Shown: positions 1 to 10,616, numbered from the stretch's first letter. The stretch: 64,000 nucleotides of DNA from Filifactoraceae bacterium (GCA_051655155.1 JBOFZL010000051.1:18637-82636); one strand, 5' to 3'. Notes: generated by a model from the letters alone, not told the origin. Made by a program: numbers and translations.

Positions 1-306
1 GATGGAATAACAGCAATATTTGAACTGGCAAAATATATAAATACAACAATAAATGATGATTCATCAAAAGAATATTTGGAAGCTTGTCTAGATGTATTTA
101 AGAAACTCACATCTGTTCTAAATATTATTCAAAAATCAGACAAAGTGGAAGATAATGAAGAAATTGAAGGTTTGATAGAAAAAAGAGCAAAAGCAAAGAA
201 AGATAAAGACTTTAAGTTGGCAGATGAAATAAGGAATACACTTCTTGACATGGGGATAGAACTATTAGATAGTAGACAAGGAACTACTTGGAAGAAGGTT
301 AAATAA
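1..306 (+). CDS. cysS: cysteine--tRNA ligase, C-terminal fragment (5' end lies outside the window)
   Basis: Frame 1 is open from base 1 to the TAA at 304-306. The tail ...EIEGLIEKRAKAKKDKDFKLADEIRNTLLDMGIELLDSRQGTTWKK is the typical CysS C-terminus. It is followed by mrnC, as in most Firmicutes. Confidence 0.8.
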   Translation, partial: DGITAIFELAKYINTTINDDSSKEYLEACLDVFKKLTSVLNIIQKSDKVEDNEEIEGLIEKRAKAKKDKDFKLADEIRNTLLDMGIELLDSRQGTTWKKVK

Positions 307-692
307 TGGAGATAATTCCTAATAAAGTGAATCCTTTATTATTGGCATTTATAGGAGATTCAGTTTTAGAACTTTTATTTAGAGTTCACATAGTTGATAA
401 AAATCAAAATTCTAAAATTCTTGATGTGCATAAAAAAGCAGTTAGATTTGCTAAGGCATCAAGTCAAGCTAAGATAGTTTTATCTATGAAAGAAGAAGGA
501 TTTTTAACAGAAGAAGAATTGGATTGGGTGAGAAAAGGAAGGAACCAAAATTCTCACCCTCCTAAGAATGCTTCAATAACTGAGTATAAATATGCAACAG
601 GGTTTGAAACTATGGTAGGTTTTTTACATGTAACTGGGCAAGATAAACGTATAGATGAAATAGTAGAAAAAGCTATCAATATAATTAGTTAA
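306..692 (+). CDS. mrnC: Mini-ribonuclease 3 (Mini-RNase III)
   Basis: 128 aa with LAFIGDSVLELLFR (RNase III-like catalytic signature). ATG overlaps the cysS stop (TAATG). Confidence 0.85.
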   Translation: MEIIPNKVNPLLLAFIGDSVLELLFRVHIVDKNQNSKILDVHKKAVRFAKASSQAKIVLSMKEEGFLTEEELDWVRKGRNQNSHPPKNASITEYKYATGFETMVGFLHVTGQDKRIDEIVEKAINIIS

Positions 693-695
693 TAT

Positions 696-1214
696 GTGGA
701 GGGTTATGATTTGGACGATGAAAATATAGATGCAAATATTGAGGACGAAAAGGTAATCAAAAAAACTACAAGGTATAAAAAAAGCAGAGTTTTAATTGTT
801 ATATCTGGGGTTTTAATAGCTTTGGCTATGGTTTTATTTGCAGGAGAAATGTTGATTAAAACAATGTTTTCTTCAGAAAGTCAGGATAATATAGCTGAAA
901 GGTATAAAACAGAAATAGCCTTGGCTAAAACAAGTTTAGGCGAAAATATTATATATGTACCATCACTTTTTAAAGATGTTGATGGCAAAAAATATAAGGG
1001 AGTTGCCTTTTTGAGCGAAACTGATTTGATGTTTATTGGAGAAGACGGTTTTGAAAAAACTATGAATATAGACTTTTTTCAAGATGTAGCCATAAATGCT
1101 GATGGTAATAAGTACGAAGTGGCTATAACTTATGAAGATGGTAATATATATAAAATATCAAAAATAAAGAAAACGGCAGATGCAGAAGGATTTATTGCAA
1201 TATTAAGTAGATAA
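696..1214 (+). CDS. hypothetical single-pass membrane protein (acidic N-terminus, one TM, small beta-rich C-terminal domain)
   Basis: 172-aa ORF with a GTG start. TM segment is VLIVISGVLIALAMVLFAG. I recognise no family. Confidence 0.55.
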   Translation: MEGYDLDDENIDANIEDEKVIKKTTRYKKSRVLIVISGVLIALAMVLFAGEMLIKTMFSSESQDNIAERYKTEIALAKTSLGENIIYVPSLFKDVDGKKYKGVAFLSETDLMFIGEDGFEKTMNIDFFQDVAINADGNKYEVAITYEDGNIYKISKIKKTADAEGFIAILSR

Positions 1215-1271
1215 AAGTTCAAAAGAGCTATTAAGGCTAATAGTTCTTTTTAGATTATATGAGGAGGATTT

Positions 1272-1940
1272 ATGAAAGAGATTAGTGTATTTGATGTAAT
1301 TGGACCTAATATGATTGGACCATCCAGTTCACATACTGCAGGAGCGTTAAGGATAGCGCTTTTAGCAAGAAAAATTGCAGGAGCTGATATAGCAAAGGTG
1401 GAGTTTGTATTATTTGGCTCTTTTGCATACACCTATAAGGGTCATGGAACGGATAAAGCCTTGTTAGCAGGAATAATGGGGTTTGACACAGAAGATTTAC
1501 GAATAAGAGAAAGTTTTAAGATCGCAGATGAAAAGGGGCTTATTTATAAGTTTACTCCAGATACAGAAACAGAAGTAACTCATTCAAACACTGTAGAGAT
1601 TAAAATTGAAAGCTCAGAAGGTGATAAAATTAGTATAACAGGTAAATCTATAGGTGGAGGTAATGTAGTTGTAACTGCTATAGACGATGTGGAGATAGAT
1701 TTCACAGGAGAATATCAAACAATCATGGTTAAGCAGTTAGATAAACCTGGAGTAGTAGCACATATAACTAATTCGCTCTCTACGTTCAATATAAACATAG
1801 CTTTCATGAAGCTTTTTAGGAATGAAAAAGGATTAGAAGCATATACCATAATAGAGGTGGATGATACAATAAACAAAGATATAGTAAACATCATAAATAA
1901 TCATGAAAATATAATAGATACTAGAATTATAGAAATATAG
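1272..1940 (+). CDS. sdaAB: L-serine dehydratase, iron-sulfur-dependent, beta subunit
   Basis: N-terminal SVFDVIGPNMIGPSSSHTAGA motif plus a C-terminal ACT-like domain. RBS GAGGAGG lies upstream. Confidence 0.9.
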   Translation: MKEISVFDVIGPNMIGPSSSHTAGALRIALLARKIAGADIAKVEFVLFGSFAYTYKGHGTDKALLAGIMGFDTEDLRIRESFKIADEKGLIYKFTPDTETEVTHSNTVEIKIESSEGDKISITGKSIGGGNVVVTAIDDVEIDFTGEYQTIMVKQLDKPGVVAHITNSLSTFNINIAFMKLFRNEKGLEAYTIIEVDDTINKDIVNIINNHENIIDTRIIEI

Positions 1941-1948
1941 GAGGCTAT

Positions 1949-2827
1949 ATGAATTTTGGAACAGGAGAAAGACTATTAAAAGTCTGTGAGGAAAATAATT
2001 TATCAATATCAGAGGTAATGTTAAAAAGGGAACTTGAAATAAGTAAGATTTCAGAAAAAGAAATCTTAAGTAAAATGAAACACTCCTATGAAATAATGAA
2101 AAAGGCAACTAAGTGTGCAACAGAAGAAGAAACTAAGACTATGGGTGGCCTTATAGGTGGAGAAGCAAAAAAACTTAAAAAACAGTTTGATGAAAATAAA
2201 AATATAGCAGGAACATTGACATCTAAGGCTATAATGTATGCCATGGGAGTTTTGGAGGTTAATGCATCTATGGGACTTATTGTTGCAGCTCCAACAGCAG
2301 GTTCATCAGGAGTAATACCTGGAGTTTTTGTAGCATTACAAGAAGAAAGAGCATTTAGCGATGAAGCTATGGTAAAAGCTTTATTCAATGCAGGTGCAAT
2401 AGGCTATTTAATAACAAGAAATGCAACAGTAGCAGGAGCGGATGGAGGATGTCAAGCAGAAATAGGGGCAGCCTCGGCAATGGCAGCTTCAGCTATAACT
2501 GAATTAATGGGAGGAAGCCCAAGACAATGCCTAAATGCAGCTTCAACGGCAATAGCAAATATATTAGGACTTGTATGTGATCCAATAGCAGGCTTAGTTG
2601 AATCTCCTTGTCAAAAACGTAATGGAATGGGAGCGTCTAATGCAATTATAAGTGCAGAAATAACTTTGGCAGGAATAGGCGAGTTAATTCCGTTTGATCA
2701 AGTGGTAGAAGCTATGTATAAAGTAGGAAAATCATTACCATTTGAGTTAAGGGAGTCAGCACTAGGAGGAATGGCAGGAACTTTAACAGGCTGTAGCTTA
2801 TGCCAGAAAATATTTCCGAATAACTAA
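1949..2827 (+). CDS. sdaAA: L-serine dehydratase, iron-sulfur-dependent, alpha subunit
   Basis: 292 aa with GGCQAEIGAASAMAA and LGLVCDPIAGLVESPCQKRN motifs. Lies directly after sdaAB. Confidence 0.9.
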   Translation: MNFGTGERLLKVCEENNLSISEVMLKRELEISKISEKEILSKMKHSYEIMKKATKCATEEETKTMGGLIGGEAKKLKKQFDENKNIAGTLTSKAIMYAMGVLEVNASMGLIVAAPTAGSSGVIPGVFVALQEERAFSDEAMVKALFNAGAIGYLITRNATVAGADGGCQAEIGAASAMAASAITELMGGSPRQCLNAASTAIANILGLVCDPIAGLVESPCQKRNGMGASNAIISAEITLAGIGELIPFDQVVEAMYKVGKSLPFELRESALGGMAGTLTGCSLCQKIFPNN

Positions 2828-3018
2828 CTAGAAAATTTATGAAATAATAACCCCTTTTGTTGTACTAGACAAAAATTATTAAAAATTGTCGTTAAGGTAT
2901 AATCATTAAGGGTTTTTATTTTGGAGAATTTTAGCTAATAATATATCAAAAAAATTGCAACAAGAAGTATCTATTTATGCTAAAATAAAAATAAAGTTTC
3001 AAATAAAGAGGTAAATTT

Positions 3019-6000
3019 ATGGATGTATTAAGAAAAACACTGGATCAACTAGAACTAAAGGTGAATAAAATAGATTATATACCAGCAGAAGAAACTATTT
3101 TTATAATAGTTGAAAAAGATGAGATTTTTGACTGTAAATGTTTTAAAGAAATAGAAGGTGGATTTAAGGGAAGGACAGGAAAGAGTCTTATGATATTCCC
3201 TAAATTTAAGGTTGATAAAAGTTTTGAAGAAGTCTTTAAAGATTATAAAAATCGAATAGAGTCAATTATTTTTGAAAATAGTGTACTTGCAGAAAAGATG
3301 GAAGTGAAACCTGAAATAACCTTAGAAAATAGGGAGATTTCTATAAAAATAAACAATAAAGTACTTTGTAAAAGTTTAAAAAAAAATAATGTGGATAAAA
3401 TGATAAGAGACAGGATAGTCTTTGAGTTAGGGGAGAATATAAAGGTAAATTTAATAGAAGATAAAAAAGATGAAAGCTTAATTCAATTTAGAGAAAATAA
3501 CATATCAAAAATATCAGAGCTTGCAGAAAATATCAGTCAGCAGCATAGTATCACACAAAAAAACAAAGTGATAAAAGAAACAAGTAAAAAACCAATAAAA
3601 GATAAAAATGCAATATATGGAAAGCATTTTAATGATGAAGCATTAGATATTGGATTAGTAACAGATATAGGTGCAAATATTGTTATTGCAGGAGAAGTTT
3701 TCTTGTCAGATAAAAGGGAAATAACTTTAAAACCAAAGCCAGAATATAAAAATCAAGCGGAACGTAAAAAAACCTTGCATACATTTACAATAACAGATTA
3801 TACAGGTTCAATGTCTTGTAAAATATTTGCAGACCAAAATGAAGATATAGTAAAAAAAGGTGACTATATAGTGGTTAAAGGTGATGTGGCAATGGATAAC
3901 TATGCTAAAGAGTTAACCCTTTCTGTAAGAAGCATATGTCAAGGTGAGAAACCTGTAAGAGAAGATAGCGCTGTAGAAAAACGTATTGAACTTCACTTGC
4001 ACACAAATATGTCTGAAATGGATGGAATCAACAATGTTAAGGACATAGTTAAAATGGCAAAACAGATGGGGCATAAAGCAGTTGCAATAACAGATCATGG
4101 AGTAGTGCAGGCTTTTCCTGATGCTATGGAAGCAGGGAAGAAATATGGTGTTAAAATATTGTATGGAGTAGAAGGATATTTGATAGATGACGGAAAAACA
4201 ATAATACCGAGAGAGTGTGAAGGGGATTTTGACCAAAGTTTCGTAGTTTTTGATATTGAAACCACAGGTTTAAGTTCTAAATTTGACAAAATAACAGAAA
4301 TAGGAGCAGTTAGGGTTAGGGGAGGAGAGATAGTCAATATATACTCTCAGCTTATAAATCCGGAAAGAACAATTCCATACAATATTACAGAACTTACAGG
4401 AATAGATGATTTTATGGTGAAAGATAAACCTACAATAAAAGATGTGCTTCCTGAATTTTTTGAGTTTGCAAAAGACTCTATATTAGTGGCACATAACTCA
4501 GAATTTGATACAGGATTTATTAAATGCGAAGCAGAAAAACTTGGAATGGAATATACTTTTAAATCTATCGATACTGTAAGTTTAGCCAGAAAATTATATC
4601 CAGATATTAAAAACCATAAGTTGGCAACCTTGGTAAAAAAGTTTTCTATAAAATTAGAAAATCATCATAGGGCAACTGATGACGCTACAGCAACTGCACA
4701 TATTTTTTTAAAGTTCATTGAGGATATAAAGAATATGGGGGTAACTGATTTATCTGAGATTAACGAAAAATTAGGGACAATTAATTTTAAAAATATAAGA
4801 TCTAATCATATAAGTATTCTAGCAAAAAACCAGGAAGGGATTAAAGATTTATACAAACTAATATCAAAAGCTCATATAGAATATTACTATAAAAAACCAC
4901 TTATTCCTAAAAGTTTGTTAGTAAAAATGAAAAAAAATCTACTTTTAGGAACTGCCTGTGAAGGTGGAGAGCTTTTTTCCTCTGTCTACAAAGGACAATC
5001 AGAAGAAGAGTTATTAAAAATAGCTAAGTTTTATGACTATATAGAGATAATGCCAATTGAACATAATAGCTTTATGATTGAAAAATCCATGGTACAGAGT
5101 AAAGAAGAACTTAAAAATATAAACAAAAAACTTTTTAGTATAGGGAAAAAACTCAATATTCCTGTAGTTGCAACTGGTGATGTGCATTATTTATTGCCAC
5201 ATGAAGGAAAGTACAGAGCGATATTACAGTACGGAATGAAATATAAGGATGTATCGGAGGAAAGTTATTTTTATTATAGAACAACAGGTGAGATGTTAAA
5301 AGAGTTTAGTTACTTGGGAGAAGAAGAGGCATATAATGTGGTAGTAAAAAACACAAACCTAATTGCAGATATGATAGATGAAGTAGAGCCTGTACCAAGT
5401 GGAACATTCCCTCCTATAATAGAAGGTTCTGATGTTGAATTAAGGGAAATGTGTGAAAAAAAGGCTATATCAATCTATGGAGAACCATTGCCTGAAATAG
5501 TAAAATCCAGATTAGATAGAGAGCTAAATTCAATTATAGGAAATGGGTATGCTGTAATGTATATTATTGCCCAAAGGCTTGTAAAAGACTCTTTAGACCA
5601 TGGTTTTTTAGTAGGTTCACGAGGATCGGTAGGATCATCTTTTGCAGCGACTATGAGTGATATAACAGAGGTAAATCCTCTCTGCCCACACTATATCTGT
5701 GAAACTTGTAAATACAATAAATTTTTTGAAGAAGGAGAATATGGATCTGGACCAGATATGCCTGATGCAAACTGTCCAAATTGTGGTTCAGCCCTAAAAA
5801 AAGAAGGGTTTGAAATACCTTTTGAAGTGTTTTTAGGATTTGAAGGAGATAAAGAACCAGATATAGACTTAAACTTTGCCGGAGATTATCAAACCAATGC
5901 CCACAAGTACACAGGAGTATTGCTTGGAGAAAAAAATACCTTTAAAGCAGGAACAATAGGAACGGTAGCAGAAAAAACTGCTTTTGGATTTGTTATGAAG

Positions 6001-7275
6001 TATCTGGAAGAAACACAACAACATCCAAGTAAGGCAGAGATAGAGAGACTTCGAGATGGTTGCACAGGAATCAAACGTTCAACAGGGCAACATCCAGGGG
6101 GGGTAATGGTTGTTCCTGATTATAAAGAGGTATATGACTTTACTCCAATTCAGTATCCAGCCAATGATTCTAGTTCAGGGGTTATAACTACTCATTTTGA
6201 TTATCATTCAATAAGTGGAAGGATATTAAAGCTTGATATATTAGGACACGATGTACCTTCAATGATAAGGATGTTAGAAGATTTTACAGGATTAGATGGG
6301 ACTAAAGTACCGCTTGATGATAAAAAGACAATGTCTTTATTTACAGGATTCGAAGCCTTAGAATGTGATTTATCTCCGATAGATTGTACCACCGGCTCTT
6401 TGGGGATACCGGAATTTGGGACAAGGTTTGTAAGGCAGATGCTTATGGATACAATGCCAACTACCTTCGCTGAACTTGTGAGAATTTCAGGGTTATCTCA
6501 TGGAACAGATGTATGGATTAATAATGCACAAGACTTTGTAAAAGATGGTGTTACGACGTTAAAGGATGTTATATCAACTCGTGATGATATAATGGTATAT
6601 CTAATGCATAAAGGATTAGCTCCCAAAACAGCATTTAAAATAATGGAAAATGTGCGTAAAGGAAAGGGATTAACAGAAGAACATATTGCAGAAATGGATA
6701 AATATAATGTACCGAAGTGGTATATAGACTCTTGCCAAAAAATAAAATATATGTTCCCTAAGGCGCACGCAGTAGCATATGTAACCATGAGTTATAGAAT
6801 AGCATACTTTAAGCTTTATTATAAAGAAGCCTATTATGCAACTTATTTCACCACTAAGGCAGATGACTTTGATATTGGATTAATCTCCAAGGGTATAGAA
6901 GCAGTTTCTAATAAGATAAAAGAAATAGAAAAACTTGGAAATGAAGCAAGTGGAAAAGAAAAAAGTCAATTGACAGTATTGGAATCAGCATATGAAATGT
7001 ATGCAAGAGGGGTAGAACTTTTAGGTGTAGACGTATATAAATCTCATCCAACAAAGTTCTTAATTGAGGATAATAAGCTTTTACCACCACTTATTTCAGT
7101 TCAGGGACTTGGTGAAACAGTAGCTTTAAAGATTCATGAAGAAGCAAGCCAAGAGTTCATAAGTTTAGAAGACTTTAAGTCAAGGACGAAGGCCAGTAAA
7201 ACTGTTATAGAAACATTGTTATCAGCAAATTGCCTGAGGAACTTACCTGAAACAAACCAATTATCATTCTTTTAG
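3019..7275 (+). CDS. polC: DNA polymerase III PolC-type (alpha subunit with intrinsic 3'-5' exonuclease)
   Basis: 1418 aa. PHP domain (ELHLHTNMSEMDG), DnaQ-like exonuclease (FVVFDIETTGL ... HNSEFD ... HRATDDA) and Zn-finger CPHYICETCKY...CPNCG. Confidence 0.97.
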   Translation: MDVLRKTLDQLELKVNKIDYIPAEETIFIIVEKDEIFDCKCFKEIEGGFKGRTGKSLMIFPKFKVDKSFEEVFKDYKNRIESIIFENSVLAEKMEVKPEITLENREISIKINNKVLCKSLKKNNVDKMIRDRIVFELGENIKVNLIEDKKDESLIQFRENNISKISELAENISQQHSITQKNKVIKETSKKPIKDKNAIYGKHFNDEALDIGLVTDIGANIVIAGEVFLSDKREITLKPKPEYKNQAERKKTLHTFTITDYTGSMSCKIFADQNEDIVKKGDYIVVKGDVAMDNYAKELTLSVRSICQGEKPVREDSAVEKRIELHLHTNMSEMDGINNVKDIVKMAKQMGHKAVAITDHGVVQAFPDAMEAGKKYGVKILYGVEGYLIDDGKTIIPRECEGDFDQSFVVFDIETTGLSSKFDKITEIGAVRVRGGEIVNIYSQLINPERTIPYNITELTGIDDFMVKDKPTIKDVLPEFFEFAKDSILVAHNSEFDTGFIKCEAEKLGMEYTFKSIDTVSLARKLYPDIKNHKLATLVKKFSIKLENHHRATDDATATAHIFLKFIEDIKNMGVTDLSEINEKLGTINFKNIRSNHISILAKNQEGIKDLYKLISKAHIEYYYKKPLIPKSLLVKMKKNLLLGTACEGGELFSSVYKGQSEEELLKIAKFYDYIEIMPIEHNSFMIEKSMVQSKEELKNINKKLFSIGKKLNIPVVATGDVHYLLPHEGKYRAILQYGMKYKDVSEESYFYYRTTGEMLKEFSYLGEEEAYNVVVKNTNLIADMIDEVEPVPSGTFPPIIEGSDVELREMCEKKAISIYGEPLPEIVKSRLDRELNSIIGNGYAVMYIIAQRLVKDSLDHGFLVGSRGSVGSSFAATMSDITEVNPLCPHYICETCKYNKFFEEGEYGSGPDMPDANCPNCGSALKKEGFEIPFEVFLGFEGDKEPDIDLNFAGDYQTNAHKYTGVLLGEKNTFKAGTIGTVAEKTAFGFVMKYLEETQQHPSKAEIERLRDGCTGIKRSTGQHPGGVMVVPDYKEVYDFTPIQYPANDSSSGVITTHFDYHSISGRILKLDILGHDVPSMIRMLEDFTGLDGTKVPLDDKKTMSLFTGFEALECDLSPIDCTTGSLGIPEFGTRFVRQMLMDTMPTTFAELVRISGLSHGTDVWINNAQDFVKDGVTTLKDVISTRDDIMVYLMHKGLAPKTAFKIMENVRKGKGLTEEHIAEMDKYNVPKWYIDSCQKIKYMFPKAHAVAYVTMSYRIAYFKLYYKEAYYATYFTTKADDFDIGLISKGIEAVSNKIKEIEKLGNEASGKEKSQLTVLESAYEMYARGVELLGVDVYKSHPTKFLIEDNKLLPPLISVQGLGETVALKIHEEASQEFISLEDFKSRTKASKTVIETLLSANCLRNLPETNQLSFF

Positions 7276-7496
7276 AGAGAATATATTTGATAAATAACTA
7301 TAAAAATCAAGAATTGAAGATAGAAGTAATAAAATATTATAGAATGAAAAATTATAATTACAGGCGAAAGAAAACAGTAGGTGGACTTGTAAGTATTGAT
7401 GAAGGCTAGTATAACGTTAAAAAATATTGAGAGAAGAGTTGGGGTTTGTAAGTTTCAATTCATAATAATGAGAGATAAAATTTAGGTGGTAAAATA

Positions 7497-8036
7497 ATGG
7501 GATGTAAATCAATAATGAATATAAGAAAAGCAACGAAATCAGATTTAGATCAAGTAGAAAACCTATACAATGAGCTGTGTGATTATTTAGATGAACATGA
7601 GAATTATCCAGGTTGGAAGAAAGGTGTTTACCCTATTCGGGATGATGCTGAAAAAGGATTAAGAGAAAATACTTTGTTTGTTGTTCAGAAGGATGAAAAT
7701 ATTGTTGGTACTTTTGTCTTAAAACATGAGCCTGAGGAAGGGTATAAGGATGTAGAATGGCTTACTATAAATGATTATTCGCATATCTATGTAATAAATA
7801 CGTTGGCTGTCCATCCGAAGCATTTGAAATATGGAATTGGAGGAGAAATATTAAAGTTCATAGAGAATGTTGCTAAAGAGGAAAAATGTATTAGCTTGAG
7901 ATTAGATGTAGTCAAAGGAAACCTGCCTGCAGAATTACTTTATCAAAAAAATGGGTATCATTTTATTGGAACTGTAAGCCTAGGTTACGAAGAATATGGA
8001 CTTCCTTGGTATAACTTATATGAAAAAGTATTATAG
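7497..8036 (+). CDS. GNAT family N-acetyltransferase
   Basis: 179 aa. Acetyl-CoA binding region LAVHPKHLKYGIGGEILKFIE (Q/RxxGxG/A-like). RBS AGGTGG lies upstream. Confidence 0.8.
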   Translation: MGCKSIMNIRKATKSDLDQVENLYNELCDYLDEHENYPGWKKGVYPIRDDAEKGLRENTLFVVQKDENIVGTFVLKHEPEEGYKDVEWLTINDYSHIYVINTLAVHPKHLKYGIGGEILKFIENVAKEEKCISLRLDVVKGNLPAELLYQKNGYHFIGTVSLGYEEYGLPWYNLYEKVL

Positions 8037-8103
8037 AATAAAAAATAAATCTAAAATTGTTTAACTTAAACAAGAAAATATGCTCTTCAATGTGGAAAAA
8101 TTT

Positions 8104-8139
8104 AATAAGCAGTAAATCAAAAAAGATTTACTGCTTATT
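8104..8139. terminator. bidirectional intrinsic terminator between convergent GNAT and ECF-S genes
   Basis: Perfect 15-bp stem AATAAGCAGTAAATC / GATTTACTGCTTATT with an AAAAAA loop, flanked by A/T runs. Confidence 0.7.
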
Positions 8140-8224
8140 AAATTGTGATAAAATCAAATTAAGCTAAAATGAAAAATTTATTATAGATTATAGAAAATAA
8201 ATTTTTAGAATAAAATATTTAATA

Positions 8225-8704
8225 TTATAAATTTATAATTTTTTTAAGGCGAGGAGCTAGCAATCTACATATTATAATACCTACGGTATACTGAAGCACA
8301 TTGAAAGGTATAGAGGCTAAAGGTGTGTAAAAGTTATTATGAAGCAATGAATCAAATAAATAATAACCACTTATCATAACAATTCCAGCTAAAACATAGT
8401 ATATATAGGCAGAGCGTCCTTTTTTTGTAGAAGCTATTCCAGCTAATAGACCCATGCTTCCTTTAAGGATAAATGTAGGGACAGCATACTGGACATATCC
8501 AAGATGAATATCTGCCATAGATGCTCCTATAGCCCCTGCTAACATTCCGTAATATGGCCCCAATAGATATCCAGCAGTTAATATTATCCCATCTCCAAGA
8601 TTTATGTAACCCAAGGCCATAGGGATTGCCATAAGCGTAGCTACTAGGGTTAGAGCTATAAATAACGCACATAAACTTAATTTTTTTACTTTGTTGTTAT
8701 TCAT
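8225..8704 (-). CDS. ECF-transporter S (substrate-capture) component-like small membrane protein
   Basis: 159 aa with 5-6 TM helices and a Gly-rich pattern (GDGIILTAGYLLGPYYGMLAGAIGAS...KGSMGLLAGI) typical of ECF S components. Divergent from a MocR regulator. Confidence 0.65.
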   Translation of the reverse strand: MNNNKVKKLSLCALFIALTLVATLMAIPMALGYINLGDGIILTAGYLLGPYYGMLAGAIGASMADIHLGYVQYAVPTFILKGSMGLLAGIASTKKGRSAYIYYVLAGIVMISGYYLFDSLLHNNFYTPLASIPFNVLQYTVGIIICRLLAPRLKKIINL

Positions 8705-8808
8705 AAATTACCTCCAATTAAATGTATTGTTTTTTTATATTTATTATGTTACCATCAAATTGTACGGTTTAAAATATACAGTTTTTAATAAAACAGAAAG
8801 GACAGTTT

Positions 8809-10188
8809 ATGAGAGGTCAAATAAATTTATCTATGTGCATAGATAAGAACAGAAGAGTACCTATATATAAGCAGTTAGAAGAGTATATTAAAGAGTCAAT
8901 CACTTGTGGCAAGTTTAAGGCAGAGGATAAATTACCGTCAATAAGAGAGGCAGCACAACATTTAGGTATAAGTAAAACTTCTATTGAAAATGCGTATAGT
9001 CAGCTGGTTGTTGAGGGGTATATTGAAAATAGGCCACAAAGAGGTTATTATGTGGCATCGATAACTGATTATAAATTTGAAAGTTCAACGGCAACTAAAC
9101 TTGATATAAATTATGAAGTTACAAATTATTTTAATAATGGGGTTGATCCAGAAACCTTAGATCCACAACTTATTAAAAAACTGTATTCTAAGGTTATTCT
9201 TGAAGAAAAATTAAATGAAGGTGGGGATATTCAGGGCGAGTACAAATTAAGAAAGGAAATTAGTGAGTTTGTAAATCAGATGAGAGGTGGAAACACCAGT
9301 TGGGAGCAGGTTATAGTTGGGGCTGGAACTCAATATTTATTAGGGATTTTAATAGGTATTACTTCAAGTAAAAAAGTTTTTATTGAAGATCCTGGGTTTA
9401 GAAAGGCAGAGTATATATTTCAGGATTATAATATGGAAATTGAGAAAGTGAGAGTTGGAGATGAAGGGCTTAAGATGGAAGAGCTAGCTAATTGTAAAGA
9501 TTCATTGATTTATGTAAGTCCTTCTCATCAATATCCTTTGGGTAGTGTAATGACTATTGGTCAAAGATTAAAACTTCTCAATTGGGCACAGGAAAATAAT
9601 TCTTTGATAATAGAGGATGATTATGATGGTATTGTAAGATATGATGGTAATCCTATACCATGTTTGCAGGGATTAGATAAGAAATACTCTGTAATTTATC
9701 TAGGATCTTTTTCAAAGACATTTAGCCCAAGTCTAAGAGTTAGCTATATGATAGTACCTAAAAATTTGTTAGAGAGATATAATAGCATAAAGCATAGATA
9801 TACCCAGTCTACATCGAGAGTAGACCAGTTGGTTATGGCGAGGTTTATTGACGAGGGACATATGTCAAAGCATTTAAGAAAGATAAGGAGAATTTATAAA
9901 AAGAAAAATCAAATTATAGTAAGCTTAATTCAAAAAAAATATAATGAGTTTATACGAATAATAAATGCAGATTCTGGATTTCATCTGTGTTGTTTAAGTT
10001 ATACAAAGGTCAATGGTCAAAGTTTTAAAAGTCTTTGCGAAAGCATGGGATTAGAAGTGGAAATAGTTGAGGAAAGGCGAAAATATGATGGTTATGAACT
10101 ACTTTATTCATTTACTTATTCTGGTATTGAAAACAATATGATAGAACAGGTGGTTAAAATAGTTGTAGATATATGTAATTTTAAATAG
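8809..10188 (+). CDS. MocR/PdxR-type regulator (GntR wHTH fused to a PLP-dependent aminotransferase-fold domain)
   Basis: N-terminal wHTH is PIYKQLEEYIKESI...LPSIREAAQHLGISKTSIENAYSQLVVEGYI. The C-terminal fold-type I domain carries the PLP-lysine motif GSFSKTFSP. Confidence 0.85.
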   Translation: MRGQINLSMCIDKNRRVPIYKQLEEYIKESITCGKFKAEDKLPSIREAAQHLGISKTSIENAYSQLVVEGYIENRPQRGYYVASITDYKFESSTATKLDINYEVTNYFNNGVDPETLDPQLIKKLYSKVILEEKLNEGGDIQGEYKLRKEISEFVNQMRGGNTSWEQVIVGAGTQYLLGILIGITSSKKVFIEDPGFRKAEYIFQDYNMEIEKVRVGDEGLKMEELANCKDSLIYVSPSHQYPLGSVMTIGQRLKLLNWAQENNSLIIEDDYDGIVRYDGNPIPCLQGLDKKYSVIYLGSFSKTFSPSLRVSYMIVPKNLLERYNSIKHRYTQSTSRVDQLVMARFIDEGHMSKHLRKIRRIYKKKNQIIVSLIQKKYNEFIRIINADSGFHLCCLSYTKVNGQSFKSLCESMGLEVEIVEERRKYDGYELLYSFTYSGIENNMIEQVVKIVVDICNFK

Positions 10189-10193
10189 AAGAT

Positions 10194-10218
10194 AAAAAGA
10201 GCCCTACGGCTCTTTTTT
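10194..10218. terminator. bidirectional intrinsic terminator (MocR gene / ferredoxin gene)
   Basis: AAAAAGAGCC-ctac-GGCTCTTTTT, a perfect 10-bp stem including the A/T tracts. Confidence 0.7.
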
Positions 10219-10229
10219 GATAGTTTTAA

Positions 10230-10478
<249 letters not shown>

Positions 10479-10616
10479 TTAAAATATAAAATATGATATA
10501 AAATATTTATTTATGGTGTTGATTTTATTAAGTCATTGGTCTATAATTTATTTAAAGGGAAACCTTTTCTTTTCGTGTATTTTAAAAATATTTTATAATA
10601 AGGAGAGTTATGTATC

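Noticed and set aside
6097-6103. A G7 homopolymer inside polC, considered as a possible slippage or phase-variation site.
   Set aside because: It encodes the conserved HPGGV motif (cca ggg ggg gta) of an essential gene and the frame is intact. This is most simply codon choice.
7276-7496. The 220-nt gap after polC, examined for a small RNA or small ORF.
   Set aside because: There is no convincing hairpin, promoter-terminator pair or RBS-preceded ORF. The only signal is the GNAT gene's own RBS.
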